A stretch of DNA of 64,000 bases from Desulfobacteraceae bacterium (GCA_011042305.1 DQXI01000012.1:23984-87983); one strand, 5' to 3'. Shown: positions 19,559 through 29,694, counted from the stretch's first letter. Numbers and translations are program-made. Notes: generated by a model from the sequence alone, not told the origin.

Positions 19559-20623
19559 GTGAACCCCATCAGTGTCCATAAAAGAACCGACCCCTTGACC
19601 TGGCCCGCAGCCTTGATCCTCGGGCTGGCCATCGTCCTGTCCCTGTCGGTCAGCGCCCTGTTGCTCCATTGGCAGGACAAACCGGCCCGCGACGCATTGG
19701 TCATCTTGTTCCAGGGGGCTTTCGGATCGTGGCATGCCCTGGAAGACTGCACCATCAAGGCCGTTCCCATCTTCCTGTGCAGCCTCGGCGTGGCCGTGGC
19801 CTTTCGGCTGCAGGTCTGGAATATTGGCGCCGAGGGGCAGTTCGCCATGGGGGCTATCGGCGCCACCTGGGTGGTCCTCCAGTTTCCCCAGTGGCCGGCT
19901 TTCCTGCTCCTGCCGGCCATGATGGCCGCCGCGGCCCTGGGCGGCGGGTTCTGCGGCCTGATTCCCGCCCTGCTCAAGGTCCGTCTCAGGGCCAACGAAA
20001 TCATCGTCTCGCTGATGCTCAACTACGTCTGCATCCTGTTCTTGGAATACCTGGTCTACGGTCCCTGGAAGGACCCGGTCAGCTTTGGTTTTCCCATGAC
20101 AATGGTCTTCCCCCCCGCCGCGATTGTGGGCGCCATCGGCTCCAGCCGCCTGAACTGGGGGTTGGTGCTGGCCCTGGCCTGCGCTGTCGGGTTCTGGATT
20201 TTTTTCCGTTTCAGCCGCCTGGGCTACGAGCTGAAGGTCTGCGGGGAGAGCCCCCGCGTCGCCGGCTACGCCCGCCTACCATACCACGGCCTGGTAATCG
20301 CGGTGATGGTGACCGGCGGCGCCCTGGCCGGCTGGGCCGGTTTTCTTGAGGTCTCCGCCACCCTCAACCGGCTTCAACCGAGCATCATGGTGGGCTACGG
20401 GTACACCGCCATCGTGGTCGCCTGGCTTGCCCGGCTCAGCCCGGCCAGTATCGCGGCCGCCAGCCTTCTGCTTGCCGGGCTGCGGGTCGGGGTGGAGAAC
20501 CTGCAGCTTGAAATGCAGGTGCCGGCGGCCTTCGGTGGCATCATGGAGGGCGTCCTCCTGCTGACGGTGCTGGCAGGCGGTTTTTTTGTCCGCTACCGTG
20601 TCCGCTGGCGGGGGTTCTCATGA
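19559..20623 (+). CDS. ABC transporter permease (nucleoside/simple-sugar type)
   Basis: 354-aa polytopic membrane ORF with a GTG start. It follows the BMP binding protein. Confidence 0.88.
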   Translation: MNPISVHKRTDPLTWPAALILGLAIVLSLSVSALLLHWQDKPARDALVILFQGAFGSWHALEDCTIKAVPIFLCSLGVAVAFRLQVWNIGAEGQFAMGAIGATWVVLQFPQWPAFLLLPAMMAAAALGGGFCGLIPALLKVRLRANEIIVSLMLNYVCILFLEYLVYGPWKDPVSFGFPMTMVFPPAAIVGAIGSSRLNWGLVLALACAVGFWIFFRFSRLGYELKVCGESPRVAGYARLPYHGLVIAVMVTGGALAGWAGFLEVSATLNRLQPSIMVGYGYTAIVVAWLARLSPASIAAASLLLAGLRVGVENLQLEMQVPAAFGGIMEGVLLLTVLAGGFFVRYRVRWRGFS

Positions 20624-21540
20624 CCGCCGAACTGCTTCTGCCGCTGCTGGCGGCCGCCGTGCAGACCGGCACCCCGATCCTCTACGCCACCTTGGGAGAA
20701 ATCCTCACCGAGCGGGCCGGGGTTCTCAACCTCGGCGTCGAGGGGATCATGATGGTGGGAGCCCTGGCCGCCTACGTCACCGCCCTGGCCACCGGCCATG
20801 CCGGGCTGGGATTTGCCGCTGGCGCCGGCTGCGGGGCACTGCTGGCGGCCGTCCACGCCCAGGTGTGCGTCGGCTTTCGCGGCAACCAGGTGGTCTCAGG
20901 GTTGGCCTTGACAATCCTGGGCACGGGGCTGGCCAACTACCTCGGGACACCTTACATCGGCCAGAGCATTCCCGGGTTCCAGCGTACCGCGTTACCCCTG
21001 CTCGACCAGATACCGATTCTAGGGCCGGTCTTTTTCCGCCAGGATCCGCTCGTCTACCTTTCCTACCTGGCGCCGGTGTTCGTCTGGGTCGCCTTGAAGC
21101 GGACCACCTGGGGACTGAACCTGCGTGCCGCCGGCGAGGCCCCGGAAGCGGTGACCGCCGCCGGACTTTCCTTCGCCCGATTGCGATGGAGCGCGGTAGT
21201 GCTCGGCGGCCTGCTGATGGGCTGTGGTGGGGCCTACCTCTCGCTGGCCTACACCCACCTGTGGAGCACGGGCCTGGTGGCCGGCCGGGGGTGGATCGCC
21301 GTGGCGCTGGTCATTTTCGCCTTCTGGCATCCCGGCCGGGCCGTGCTCGGCGCTTACCTGTTCGGCGGGGTCATGGCCTTCCAGTTCCGTTTGCAGGCGC
21401 TGGGCACCCACCTGCCATCGTCGCTGCTGCTCATGCTGCCCTACCTGCTGACCATCTTCGTTCTGGTGGCCGCCAGCGTGCGCCGTCGAGGCCAGGCGCC
21501 CCCGGCCGCCCTTGGCGTCAACCATGAACCACCGGATTAA
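20620..21540 (+). CDS. ABC transporter permease (second subunit)
   Basis: 306-aa polytopic membrane ORF. ATGA overlap with the previous permease. Confidence 0.88.
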   Translation: MTAELLLPLLAAAVQTGTPILYATLGEILTERAGVLNLGVEGIMMVGALAAYVTALATGHAGLGFAAGAGCGALLAAVHAQVCVGFRGNQVVSGLALTILGTGLANYLGTPYIGQSIPGFQRTALPLLDQIPILGPVFFRQDPLVYLSYLAPVFVWVALKRTTWGLNLRAAGEAPEAVTAAGLSFARLRWSAVVLGGLLMGCGGAYLSLAYTHLWSTGLVAGRGWIAVALVIFAFWHPGRAVLGAYLFGGVMAFQFRLQALGTHLPSSLLLMLPYLLTIFVLVAASVRRRGQAPPAALGVNHEPPD

Positions 21541-21570
21541 CCTGATCAGATTCGGAAAAAGGAGGCGATC

Positions 21571-22062
21571 ATGGAGCCTCAGCCGCCCTATCGCAAAACC
21601 TTTCCCATCTCGTGGGAGCAACTTCACCGCGACAGCAAGGCCCTCGCCTGGCGTCTGTTGGACAACAGCTACTTTCAGGGCATCGTGGCCGTCACCCGCG
21701 GCGGACTGGTGCCGGCGGCCATCGTTTCGCGGGAGCTGGGCATCCGCCTGGTGGACACGGTTTGCCTGTCCAGCTATGATTGGCAGGACCACAAGGGGGA
21801 CGTTGAGGTGCTCAAACGCATCGAGGGGGATGGCAAGGGGTGGCTGATCATCGACGACCTTGTCGACACGGGAAAGACCGCCCGGGTGGTGCGTGACATG
21901 CTCCCCCAGGCCCATTTTGCTACCGTCTATGCCAAGCCCGCCGGCCGCCCCCTGGTGGACACCTTCATCACCGAGGTGAGCCAGGACACCTGGATCCTGT
22001 TTCCCTGGGACAGCGAGGTGCAATTCGTCCAACCGCTGGTCGACCGGCGCCAGGTAGGCTGA
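21571..22062 (+). CDS. gpt: Xanthine-guanine phosphoribosyltransferase
   Basis: 163 aa. N-terminus [19 protein letters not shown] and PRPP-binding loop [14 protein letters not shown], as in Gpt. Confidence 0.9.
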   Translation: MEPQPPYRKTFPISWEQLHRDSKALAWRLLDNSYFQGIVAVTRGGLVPAAIVSRELGIRLVDTVCLSSYDWQDHKGDVEVLKRIEGDGKGWLIIDDLVDTGKTARVVRDMLPQAHFATVYAKPAGRPLVDTFITEVSQDTWILFPWDSEVQFVQPLVDRRQVG

Positions 22063-23546
22063 TGGAGACAGCGCCAGAACCCCTCGTCCGGCTGGAAGGC
22101 ATCGACAAGCGCTTCGGCGCCGTGCACGCCAACCGGCGCATCGACCTTAAGATTAACTCTGGCCGGATCAAGGCCCTGCTGGGCGAAAACGGTGCCGGAA
22201 AAAGCACCTTGATGAACATCCTGGCCGGACGGATCAAGCCGGACGGAGGCCGCATCCACATCGGTGCGGCGGTGCATGCCCACCTGACTCCCCGCAGGGC
22301 CATCGCTGCCGGCATCGGCATGGTGTACCAGCATTTTACCCTTGTCGATGCGCTGACCGTTGCCGAAAACGTCTGCCTGGGCCAAGCCGCCGGGATCTGG
22401 CACCACCCGCGGCGCAGCCAAGAACAGGTGGCCCGCCTGGCTGCGGCAGTGGGGCTGGACATCGACCCGGGGGCGACGGTGGCCGGCCTTTCCATGGGCG
22501 AGCGTCAGCGTGTCGAGATTCTCAAACTGCTCTATCGGCGCAGCCGGATCCTGATCTTCGACGAGCCGACATCGGTGCTCACCCCGCCGGAAATCCGGCA
22601 GCTTTTCAGTGCCCTGCGGCAGATGGCCGATCAGGGCAAGGCGATCGTCTTCATCAGCCATAAACTCGGCGAAGTGCTTGAAATAGCTGACGAAATAGCA
22701 ATATTGCGACATGGCCAAATCATCGACGAACGACCTGCCAAAGCCTTTGGTGCACGGGAGGAACTGGCCCGTCGCATGATCGGGCGCGATGTCCTGCTGG
22801 AGATCGATCGCCCGGTGGTGGAGTTGCGGCAACCTGTCTTGCAGGTCGAACAGCTCGACGGTGGGGGGCTCCAGCAGATCAGTTTCCAACTCCGGCAGGG
22901 GGAAATCCTCGCCCTGGTGGGTGTTGCCGGCAACGGCCAGTCGGCCATGGTGCGAACCATCTGCGGGCTGGCTGCCCCCGTCGCCGGTGTGGTGCGCCTT
23001 CTCGGGCAGCCGTGGGCCGATTTCTTCTCCGGTGCTGCATCCGGGCTGGTCTACATCCCCGAGGACCGGGTTGGGCTGGCCACCTGTCATCATCTCGATC
23101 TGGTGGACAACTTCCTCCTGACCACCCGGCGCCGCTTCTGCAAGGGCCCGTGGCTCCAGCGCGCTTCGGCCACCGCCTGCCTCGAGGCCTTGATGGTCGA
23201 CTTCGACATCCGCCCCGCCGATGCCCGCCTGAGGGCGAGACAGCTTTCCGGCGGCAATCTCCAGAAACTGGTACTGGCGCGGGAATTCCATCGTCGCCCC
23301 AAGCTCATCGTGGCCGAACAACCTACCCAGGGCCTCGACATCGGCGCCACGGAAGATGTTTGGCGGCTGCTGCTCAAAGCCCGAGAGGAAGCCGGCATTC
23401 TGCTCGTCACCAGCGACCTGAACGAGGCGCTGGCGCTGGCCGACCGGCTGGCAGTGATGTACCGGGGACGCATCGTGGATCTTTTCTCCGTTTTCGACAA
23501 GGAAAAGCTCGCGCGCATCGGCCAGATGATGGCAGGCATCGATTAA
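22062..23546 (+). CDS. ABC transporter ATP-binding protein (duplicated ATPase)
   Basis: Walker A GENGAGKST, signature LSMGERQRVEI, and a second degenerate cassette (LSGGNLQKLVLARE). The start overlaps the gpt stop. Confidence 0.93.
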   Translation: METAPEPLVRLEGIDKRFGAVHANRRIDLKINSGRIKALLGENGAGKSTLMNILAGRIKPDGGRIHIGAAVHAHLTPRRAIAAGIGMVYQHFTLVDALTVAENVCLGQAAGIWHHPRRSQEQVARLAAAVGLDIDPGATVAGLSMGERQRVEILKLLYRRSRILIFDEPTSVLTPPEIRQLFSALRQMADQGKAIVFISHKLGEVLEIADEIAILRHGQIIDERPAKAFGAREELARRMIGRDVLLEIDRPVVELRQPVLQVEQLDGGGLQQISFQLRQGEILALVGVAGNGQSAMVRTICGLAAPVAGVVRLLGQPWADFFSGAASGLVYIPEDRVGLATCHHLDLVDNFLLTTRRRFCKGPWLQRASATACLEALMVDFDIRPADARLRARQLSGGNLQKLVLAREFHRRPKLIVAEQPTQGLDIGATEDVWRLLLKAREEAGILLVTSDLNEALALADRLAVMYRGRIVDLFSVFDKEKLARIGQMMAGID

Positions 23547-23615
23547 CCCAAGCCTGTCGCCAAAACCGAAAGGGGTCCGTTCCATGCCGGCAAACTTCCC
23601 CGTCCAGAGCCATAG

Positions 23616-23653
23616 CCAAAAAAGGCGCGGTCTCTCCCTCGGTCGACCGCGCC
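23616..23653 (-). terminator. Rho-independent terminator (minus strand, downstream of the prmA-like gene)
   Basis: Stem GGCGCGGTC/GACCGCGCC (23624-23653), followed on the minus strand by a TTTTTT run (plus-strand A-run 23618-23623). Confidence 0.55.
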
Positions 23654-23666
23654 CCTGAAACAAGCG

Positions 23667-23717
23667 ACCAAGCTTGCAGACGGGATCGCCGTCACCTGCA
23701 AGCTTGGTCCAATTTTT
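23667..23717 (+). terminator. Rho-independent terminator of the ABC operon
   Basis: 13-bp arms ACCAAGCTTGCAG/CTGCAAGCTTGGT with an inner GACGG/CCGTC extension, followed by CCAATTTTTC. Confidence 0.65.
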
Positions 23718-23854
23718 CAAACTTCCCCCTCAAAAAACCGACCGCGCCAAATCGCGTATTTTGAACGATCTCCCCCCGACGAAGGTTTAGCGTCGCACCT
23801 GTGCCACAAAGGCCATATACAGCGCCTGAGGGCCCCTGGAGCCGGGCCTTCTTC

Positions 23855-24676
23855 TCAGCCGGTTGTTGAACCGCGGCAAAAACCCGCACCCATCCAGCCC
23901 TGGCGCTCTTTTATCCAGCAAGGCGTCAGTCCAAGGCCGGACCAGCGCTCGAACAGTTCGGCGGCTTCCTCGGGCCGAATTCCGGACACCACCGCGGCCC
24001 CCTCTTCGCTAAGCAGGCGGCTAAACACCGGGGTGAGGCGTAGCAAGGAGGGTAGCCGGAGGTTGGCCAGCACCAAGTCGAAAGACCCGACCAAATCCTC
24101 CACCGGGTCAGCGCACACCCGGATGCAGTCCGCCAAACCGTTGAGCACAACGTTGGCCCGGGCCTCCCACAGCGCGTTCGGGTCGATATCCAGCGCCAGG
24201 GCTTCATCGGCGCCGAGCCGTACCGCGCCGATGGCCAGCACCCCGGTGCCGGTGCCCACGTCCAGCACCTTGGTGCCCGGCACGATGCGGTTTTCCGCAA
24301 ACATCGCATCCAGGGCTTGCAAGGCCAGGCGTGTAGTGGGATGGTCTCCAGCGCCGAAAGCGGCCCCGCCGGCGATGCGCAGCACAACGGCGCCCTTTTT
24401 GGCTGGTGGGCTTGACCCCGTTTCCGGTGGGGCAAGCATGATCCGAGGGCTCACCCAATGCGGCCGGGACCAGGCCAAGCTCACCTGGGTGGCACCAAAC
24501 AGGTTCGTGTATTGGATCCGGCCGGCATCCGCCAAGCGCCTCAAGGCCGCCTGAACGGTGGCCCGGCCTACGCACCGCTCGCGCACGCAGCGTCGGATCA
24601 GGTCGGTCGCACAGATCCGGACCGTCGAACGCTCAAGATAGCCAACAATGAAGCTTTCCAGGGGTTCGCCCGCCAC
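23855..24676 (-). CDS. PrmA-like class I SAM methyltransferase with an N-terminal winged-helix-like domain
   Basis: PrmA core motifs FGAGDHPTTRLAL, VLDVGTGTGVLAI and LDIDPNA. The first approximately 75 aa look like a wHTH domain rather than the PrmA L11-binding domain. Confidence 0.8.
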   Translation of the reverse strand: MAGEPLESFIVGYLERSTVRICATDLIRRCVRERCVGRATVQAALRRLADAGRIQYTNLFGATQVSLAWSRPHWVSPRIMLAPPETGSSPPAKKGAVVLRIAGGAAFGAGDHPTTRLALQALDAMFAENRIVPGTKVLDVGTGTGVLAIGAVRLGADEALALDIDPNALWEARANVVLNGLADCIRVCADPVEDLVGSFDLVLANLRLPSLLRLTPVFSRLLSEEGAAVVSGIRPEEAAELFERWSGLGLTPCWIKERQGWMGAGFCRGSTTG

Positions 24677-24704
24677 CGCGCCTCCCCGTCCTGCTCGCGC
24701 AGCT

Positions 24705-25067
24705 CTAGTCCAGGTTTAGGTGGAGCCCCTCTGCTTCCAGCAGCGTTTGGTACCAGCAGGAAAATTCGTACATCGCCACGATCCGGTCATCCCCCCGGAT
24801 CAATCCCGTCACCATGTCCAGCACGCCCTGATGATACGCATCGGAGCAGTCCTGACGGTCCCGGCTGGCAAGGAAATCCTGGACCAGTTGCCCCAAGGTC
24901 CGCTGGGTGACATCGCGGCGGATTTCAATCGGGTCCTTCGGCGCCTGGAAGGGGTCCCAGTTCTCGTAGCCGCGCTTTTCGATCCGGCGCCTGCGCCGCG
25001 GCGACATCGCCTCGAAAACAGCTCGCTTGCGCTCCGCCTGCTCCTCGGGCGAGAATTCATCCATCAC
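24705..25067 (-). CDS. Hypothetical protein (120 aa)
   Basis: The ORF overlaps the stop of the upstream YkgJ-like gene and has the same orientation as its neighbours. No recognisable motif. Confidence 0.55.
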   Translation of the reverse strand: MMDEFSPEEQAERKRAVFEAMSPRRRRRIEKRGYENWDPFQAPKDPIEIRRDVTQRTLGQLVQDFLASRDRQDCSDAYHQGVLDMVTGLIRGDDRIVAMYEFSCWYQTLLEAEGLHLNLD

Positions 25068-25734
25068 GCTTCTCCTCCTGCGGATCCTCCCCTTCGCCCA
25101 CCCCCAAATAGGCGTCGTCGTAATCGGTCAGCAGGGCCATTGACAGCGGTACCAGCAGATCGGCCAACTTGATATGGCGTGAACGAATATCCCGCAGCAA
25201 GGTCGCCGAAATCTCCTGGAGCCTCGCCTGGATCTGGTCCAACTGAACCGTTGGATAGGACTTTCCCGGTTCGAAACCGCTCAGGCCGCAGGTATACCCC
25301 TTGCCGCCGATGGCGGTTGGAATGCCGTAGAGACGACAAGTGATGGGACGATACGGGTAAAGATCGCAAAGATTTTCATCGTTGAGCAGGGGGCAACGGA
25401 CCCGCTCGCTGGCCAGCTCCTCCAGCACCTCCTCCTCATCGCGCCCCGCCTTCAACGCCTTGGCGGCGTCGCGCTTGATGCGGGCCAACCGCCGGTCCGT
25501 CCGGTTGGCCTTTTCCAGCAGCGCCTCGCGCGCCGCCCCATGAAAGGTCTCACGAAAATGGTGGTTGATGTACAGCGCTTCAATCAGGGAAAGATCAAAG
25601 AGAGCGTAGCAGCAATCCGCACACTCCCGGCGACATCGCACGCACTGCGGAAACGCCTCCCTGACCTGCTCGAAAGCTGCATCGGCCTTTTTTACCAGTG
25701 CCTCGTAGGCCTCAAAATACGTCGTCAGATCCAT
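25057..25734 (-). CDS. YkgJ-family (UPF0153) cysteine-cluster protein
   Basis: CxxCxxxCxxCC motif (CVRCRRECADCCY) plus downstream Cys residues. ATG 25734, with an upstream AAGGGA, is preferred over GTG 25779. Confidence 0.78.
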   Translation of the reverse strand: MDLTTYFEAYEALVKKADAAFEQVREAFPQCVRCRRECADCCYALFDLSLIEALYINHHFRETFHGAAREALLEKANRTDRRLARIKRDAAKALKAGRDEEEVLEELASERVRCPLLNDENLCDLYPYRPITCRLYGIPTAIGGKGYTCGLSGFEPGKSYPTVQLDQIQARLQEISATLLRDIRSRHIKLADLLVPLSMALLTDYDDAYLGVGEGEDPQEEKRDG

Positions 25735-25797
25735 CTCGGTTTTCCCTTCTCGCAGCAGTCCGCCACCGAATTGTTTCACGTGGAACTTGCCGCCGCC

Positions 25798-27204
25798 TCA
25801 TTTCCCGATACAAAATCGCCGGAACACCTGGTCCATAACGTCCGAACCCTCCCGCCGACCTAGGATTTGATCAAGGCAGCCCACCGCCTCTGCCAGCTCG
25901 ATACTGGCCAATTCCCCGCCGCCGCCAGCTTCCAAGCGCTCGGCGGCGGCGTTCAATCGCTCCAGGCAACCGGAAAGCAACTCACGCTGCCTCAGGTTGG
26001 GAACGATATCATCATCGGCACTTTCTTCCCCTTTCTCAAACGCTTGGACCAGAAGCGTTTCCAGCTCGTCGAGGTTCTCGTCGCAACGCGCCGAGATCGC
26101 GGCCACCGGCCACCGCGCCCAGCTTTCCGGCGGCTTCGGCCGTTTTCCTGGCGCCACCAAATCCATCTTGTTGAAGACGACCAGCACTTTTCGCTGCTGC
26201 AAAAATTCTCCGATACAGAGATCCTGCGCCCCGATACCGGCGGCGGCATCGACCATGAAAACCACCAGTTCGCATTCATCCAGATAGCGCTGGGTCCGCT
26301 GGATCCCGATGCGTTCCACCGGGTCCCGGCTTTCATGCAATCCCGCGGTATCGGTGAAAGTCAGCGGCATTCCCCCAAGGTTTACCGACACTTCCACCAA
26401 GTCCCGCGTGGTCCCTGGGATTTCGGTGACGATGACCCTCTCCTTTTTCGCTAACCTATTGATTAAACTTGATTTTCCAACATTCGGGCGCCCGACGACC
26501 GCTACCTTGAACCCTTCCAGGTAACCCCTGGCCGCGTCGTAGTGCGCGATCCAGCGCCCGAGTCGCGGCGCCATTTGCTCCCGAATTAACACTCCCAGCG
26601 CTTGCAGGTCGCTTTCTTCCTCCAACTGTTCTGCGAAGTCGATCTCCGCCTCGATGCGCGCCCGCACATCGAGCAGTTCCTGCCTCATGGCCTCGACTTG
26701 CCGTCCCAGCTCGCCTTCCAGGCGACGACCGGCAATGCGCAAGGCCCTCTGGCTACGCGCGTCGATCAGGTCCGCCACCGCTTCGGCCTGGGTCAGGTCA
26801 ATGCGTCCGTTAAGCAGCGCCCGCCGCGTAAACTCCCCCGCTTCCGCCAACCGGGCACCGGCGGACAGCACCGCTTCCAGCAGCGCCGTCAGGGCTTGCC
26901 CGCCCCCATGTCCATGGATCTCGACCACGTCCTCGCCGGTGTAACTGCGTGGGCCGGGCATCCATACCGCCAGCACCTCGTCGATGCGCTCCCCGCTATC
27001 GGGATGCCGAATCCAGCCGTGGCAAAGACGCCGCGCTTCATTGACACCAGCGGCGGCGGAGCCTCCACCACCGCTTGGCTTAAAAAGCCGGTGGAGAATC
27101 CTTAAGGCATCCGGACCGGAAACCTTGACGATCCCGATGGCGCCGCGCCCCCGGGCGGTTGCAATCGCTGCGATGGTGTCGCCGATGGGAAAACCGGTCG
27201 CCAA
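25798..27204 (-). CDS. mnmE: tRNA modification GTPase MnmE
   Basis: N-terminus DTIAAIATA, G-domain GRPNVGKSSLIN/DTAG/NKMD, and the C-terminal CIGK motif. Confidence 0.95.
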   Translation of the reverse strand: MATGFPIGDTIAAIATARGRGAIGIVKVSGPDALRILHRLFKPSGGGGSAAAGVNEARRLCHGWIRHPDSGERIDEVLAVWMPGPRSYTGEDVVEIHGHGGGQALTALLEAVLSAGARLAEAGEFTRRALLNGRIDLTQAEAVADLIDARSQRALRIAGRRLEGELGRQVEAMRQELLDVRARIEAEIDFAEQLEEESDLQALGVLIREQMAPRLGRWIAHYDAARGYLEGFKVAVVGRPNVGKSSLINRLAKKERVIVTEIPGTTRDLVEVSVNLGGMPLTFTDTAGLHESRDPVERIGIQRTQRYLDECELVVFMVDAAAGIGAQDLCIGEFLQQRKVLVVFNKMDLVAPGKRPKPPESWARWPVAAISARCDENLDELETLLVQAFEKGEESADDDIVPNLRQRELLSGCLERLNAAAERLEAGGGGELASIELAEAVGCLDQILGRREGSDVMDQVFRRFCIGK

Positions 27205-27311
27205 GGGCTCCCTCCACCTCTACTCGGCTCCGCCCCACCCTTCAAGAGAGGGAGACGACCCGGCCCGTGCCCCAGGGCACCGAAAAAGGGCCCGGGGCAC
27301 GCCGTTTCGCG

Positions 27312-28991
27312 TCAAGCCTTTTTGTAGACATAGTATTGCTGGGCGATGGATGCCAGGTTGTTCACCAACCAGTACAACACCAGGCCCGAGGAGAAATTGA
27401 TGAAAATGAAGGTAAAAATCAGTGGCATAAAGGTCATCATTTTGGCCTGGGTGGGGTCTCCCGGGGTGGGCGTCATCTTCTGCTGCAAGAACATGGTGGC
27501 GCCCATGATGATGGTCAGCACCGGTATGCCGTAGGGCGGCTCCATCAGCGGGATACTGAAATCGAAGGAAAAGAGACGGTCCGGTGCCGACAGGTCGTTG
27601 ATCCACCCGAAGAAGGGCGCATGACGCAGCTCGATGGCCTCGTAGAGCATTCGGTACAAGGCGAAAAACACCGGCAACTGAACCAGCATCGGCAAGCATC
27701 CCCCCAGCGGGTTGACCTTGTAGACTCGATACAGGTTCATCATCTCTTCGTTCATCTTCTTCTTGTCGTTCTTGTATTTCTCCCGAATCTCGGCCATCAG
27801 CGGCTGCATCCGCCGCATCTCGCTCATCGACTTGTAGCTCTTGTTGCCCAGCGGCCACAGCAACACTTTGGTCAGAATCGTCAAAATGATGATGGCAATG
27901 CCGTAGTTGGGGATGAAGCCGTAGATCCAGTTCATGAACCAGAGGCAGGGCTTGGCGATGAAATCGAACATGCCGAAATGCACCGCCCGCTCCAGCTCCA
28001 GCCCGTAGGTCTTGAGCACTTCTCCGCGCTTGGGGCCAAAAAAGACGCGGTAGGTGTAGGTGCGCGCCTGGCCGGGCGCCAGGGTTTCCGCCGGCAGTAC
28101 GAGGGCGTTTTGAATCACCGCGTCCTGATGAGCAAGTTGGACCGTTGCCTCCGCCACAGGCGGGGGAACCAGGGCGGACAAAAAATACCGATCCTGGATG
28201 GCGATCCAACCGACCTTTCCCTCAAGGAGGTTCTGGTCCTCGATGTCGTCAAGGTCGATTTGCGACAAGTGGTCGTCGAGAAGCACGCTGGGACCGCTGA
28301 ATCCGTAGCTCCGCCCCTTGTGGTGCTCTTCCTGTTGCAAGAGCGCCAACCGGAGCTGCGGATTAGACACCTTGGTGCCGTTGTTTTTTAAGGTCACGTC
28401 CAGGTCGATGAGGTAGCTGTCCGGCCGGAAGGTAAAACGCTTTTCGATGCCGATGCCGTCGCTGCGCCAGTGGGTGAGCACAAGGCTCTGGGGCCCCTGG
28501 TCGACGACAATGTTATCCTTCTGCGTATCGGCGTTAAACACCGCCTGAGCGACCTCTGCGTCGCCCGGCGACAGGGTCAACTGCAACGTTCCCCCGGCCA
28601 AATCTTCCCCCACCAGCCGGTAGGCGGGGGCGTCTTTTCCCACGCTTTGACGATACTTCCTCAGTTCGACGCTGCGCACGGTGCCGCCGCGTTCGTCGAT
28701 GACAAGGCGATAGTAGGGGGTTTCAACCCTGATCGTTCTCGCCGCTGGCGCGAGGGCCGGCTGGGCGGTGGCAGCCGCGCCGCTCATGTCAGCCGGCGTC
28801 GTTTGGGCGGTGCGGCTGCCGGCCTGCTCAACCGGGTTCTCAGGCGACGGTTTGCCGGTGCTGGTCTCTGCCTGGCCGGCGGGTTGCGCAACCGGCGGGC
28901 GAACCGCTTCATGGGCGCCAAAAAACATCTCCCAGACAAAAAACACGAGAAAGGAAAGCAGAATGGCAATGAAAATCCGCGCTTGTTCCAT
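27312..28991 (-). CDS. yidC: Membrane protein insertase YidC
   Basis: 559 aa with an N-terminal TM segment, a large periplasmic domain and the conserved C-terminal core (GGCLPMLVQLPVFFALY). Confidence 0.95.
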   Translation of the reverse strand: MEQARIFIAILLSFLVFFVWEMFFGAHEAVRPPVAQPAGQAETSTGKPSPENPVEQAGSRTAQTTPADMSGAAATAQPALAPAARTIRVETPYYRLVIDERGGTVRSVELRKYRQSVGKDAPAYRLVGEDLAGGTLQLTLSPGDAEVAQAVFNADTQKDNIVVDQGPQSLVLTHWRSDGIGIEKRFTFRPDSYLIDLDVTLKNNGTKVSNPQLRLALLQQEEHHKGRSYGFSGPSVLLDDHLSQIDLDDIEDQNLLEGKVGWIAIQDRYFLSALVPPPVAEATVQLAHQDAVIQNALVLPAETLAPGQARTYTYRVFFGPKRGEVLKTYGLELERAVHFGMFDFIAKPCLWFMNWIYGFIPNYGIAIIILTILTKVLLWPLGNKSYKSMSEMRRMQPLMAEIREKYKNDKKKMNEEMMNLYRVYKVNPLGGCLPMLVQLPVFFALYRMLYEAIELRHAPFFGWINDLSAPDRLFSFDFSIPLMEPPYGIPVLTIIMGATMFLQQKMTPTPGDPTQAKMMTFMPLIFTFIFINFSSGLVLYWLVNNLASIAQQYYVYKKA

Positions 28992-29054
28992 GGCTTCTCC
29001 GGGTTGGCGAGGGGCTCCTGTAGATTTTTTGGGACGGTCGCGCGACGCGGCCCC

Positions 29055-29264
29055 TCAAGGCACCGGGTCGTACCCACCCGGGTGGAACGGATGGCATCGC
29101 AGTAGGCGTTTGAAGGCCATCAGCCCCCCGCGCACCGCGCCGTAACGCGATACGGCTTCATAGGCGTATTGGCTGCACGTCGGCGTAAAGCGACAGCTCG
29201 GCGGCAGGACCGGCGAAACCAGCAACTGATAGGCGCGAATAAGGATTTTGGCCAGAGAACTCAC
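29055..29264 (-). CDS. yidD: Membrane protein insertion efficiency factor YidD
   Basis: 69 aa. [11 protein letters not shown] and HPGGYDPVP motifs. Confidence 0.9.
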   Translation of the reverse strand: MSSLAKILIRAYQLLVSPVLPPSCRFTPTCSQYAYEAVSRYGAVRGGLMAFKRLLRCHPFHPGGYDPVP

Positions 29265-29270
29265 TGCACA

Positions 29271-29630
29271 TCAACCTTTTAGCGTCCTGAACAAGCAGCC
29301 CAGCGATCGCCGGAGAGTCTCGTTGTCGCTGGCGGCGGCCTGTTTTTTGGCAATCAGCAGCAGGTCGCGGCCGCCCGCGATCCGGTGCCCCTGAAGGCGA
29401 AAGAATTCGCGGCACAACCGTTTGATGCGGTTTCGCACCACAGCGCCGCCGACCCTGCGCGATACGGTGATCCCCAGTCGAGCCGTTGCGCTTTGCCCCG
29501 GTGTAAAACAAAGGATGAAATGGGCATCCTGGACGCGCCGTCCCGTCCGCGAAAGTCGCAGAAAATCCCTGCGCTTCAGCAGCCGGTGGGCCCGCGGAAA
29601 GCCGAACCGGGTGTCTTTTAGTGGCGTCAC
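29271..29630 (-). CDS. rnpA: Ribonuclease P protein component
   Basis: 119-aa basic protein with the RNR-like motif (AVVRNRIKRLCRE). It lies between rpmH and yidD. Confidence 0.9.
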   Translation of the reverse strand: MTPLKDTRFGFPRAHRLLKRRDFLRLSRTGRRVQDAHFILCFTPGQSATARLGITVSRRVGGAVVRNRIKRLCREFFRLQGHRIAGGRDLLLIAKKQAAASDNETLRRSLGCLFRTLKG

Positions 29631-29694
29631 GGCGCCCGCTCTTGGCTTCCCCGGCTAAGGGCACCCCCTGCCCGGCGAAGCACCTCCGTTTTGC

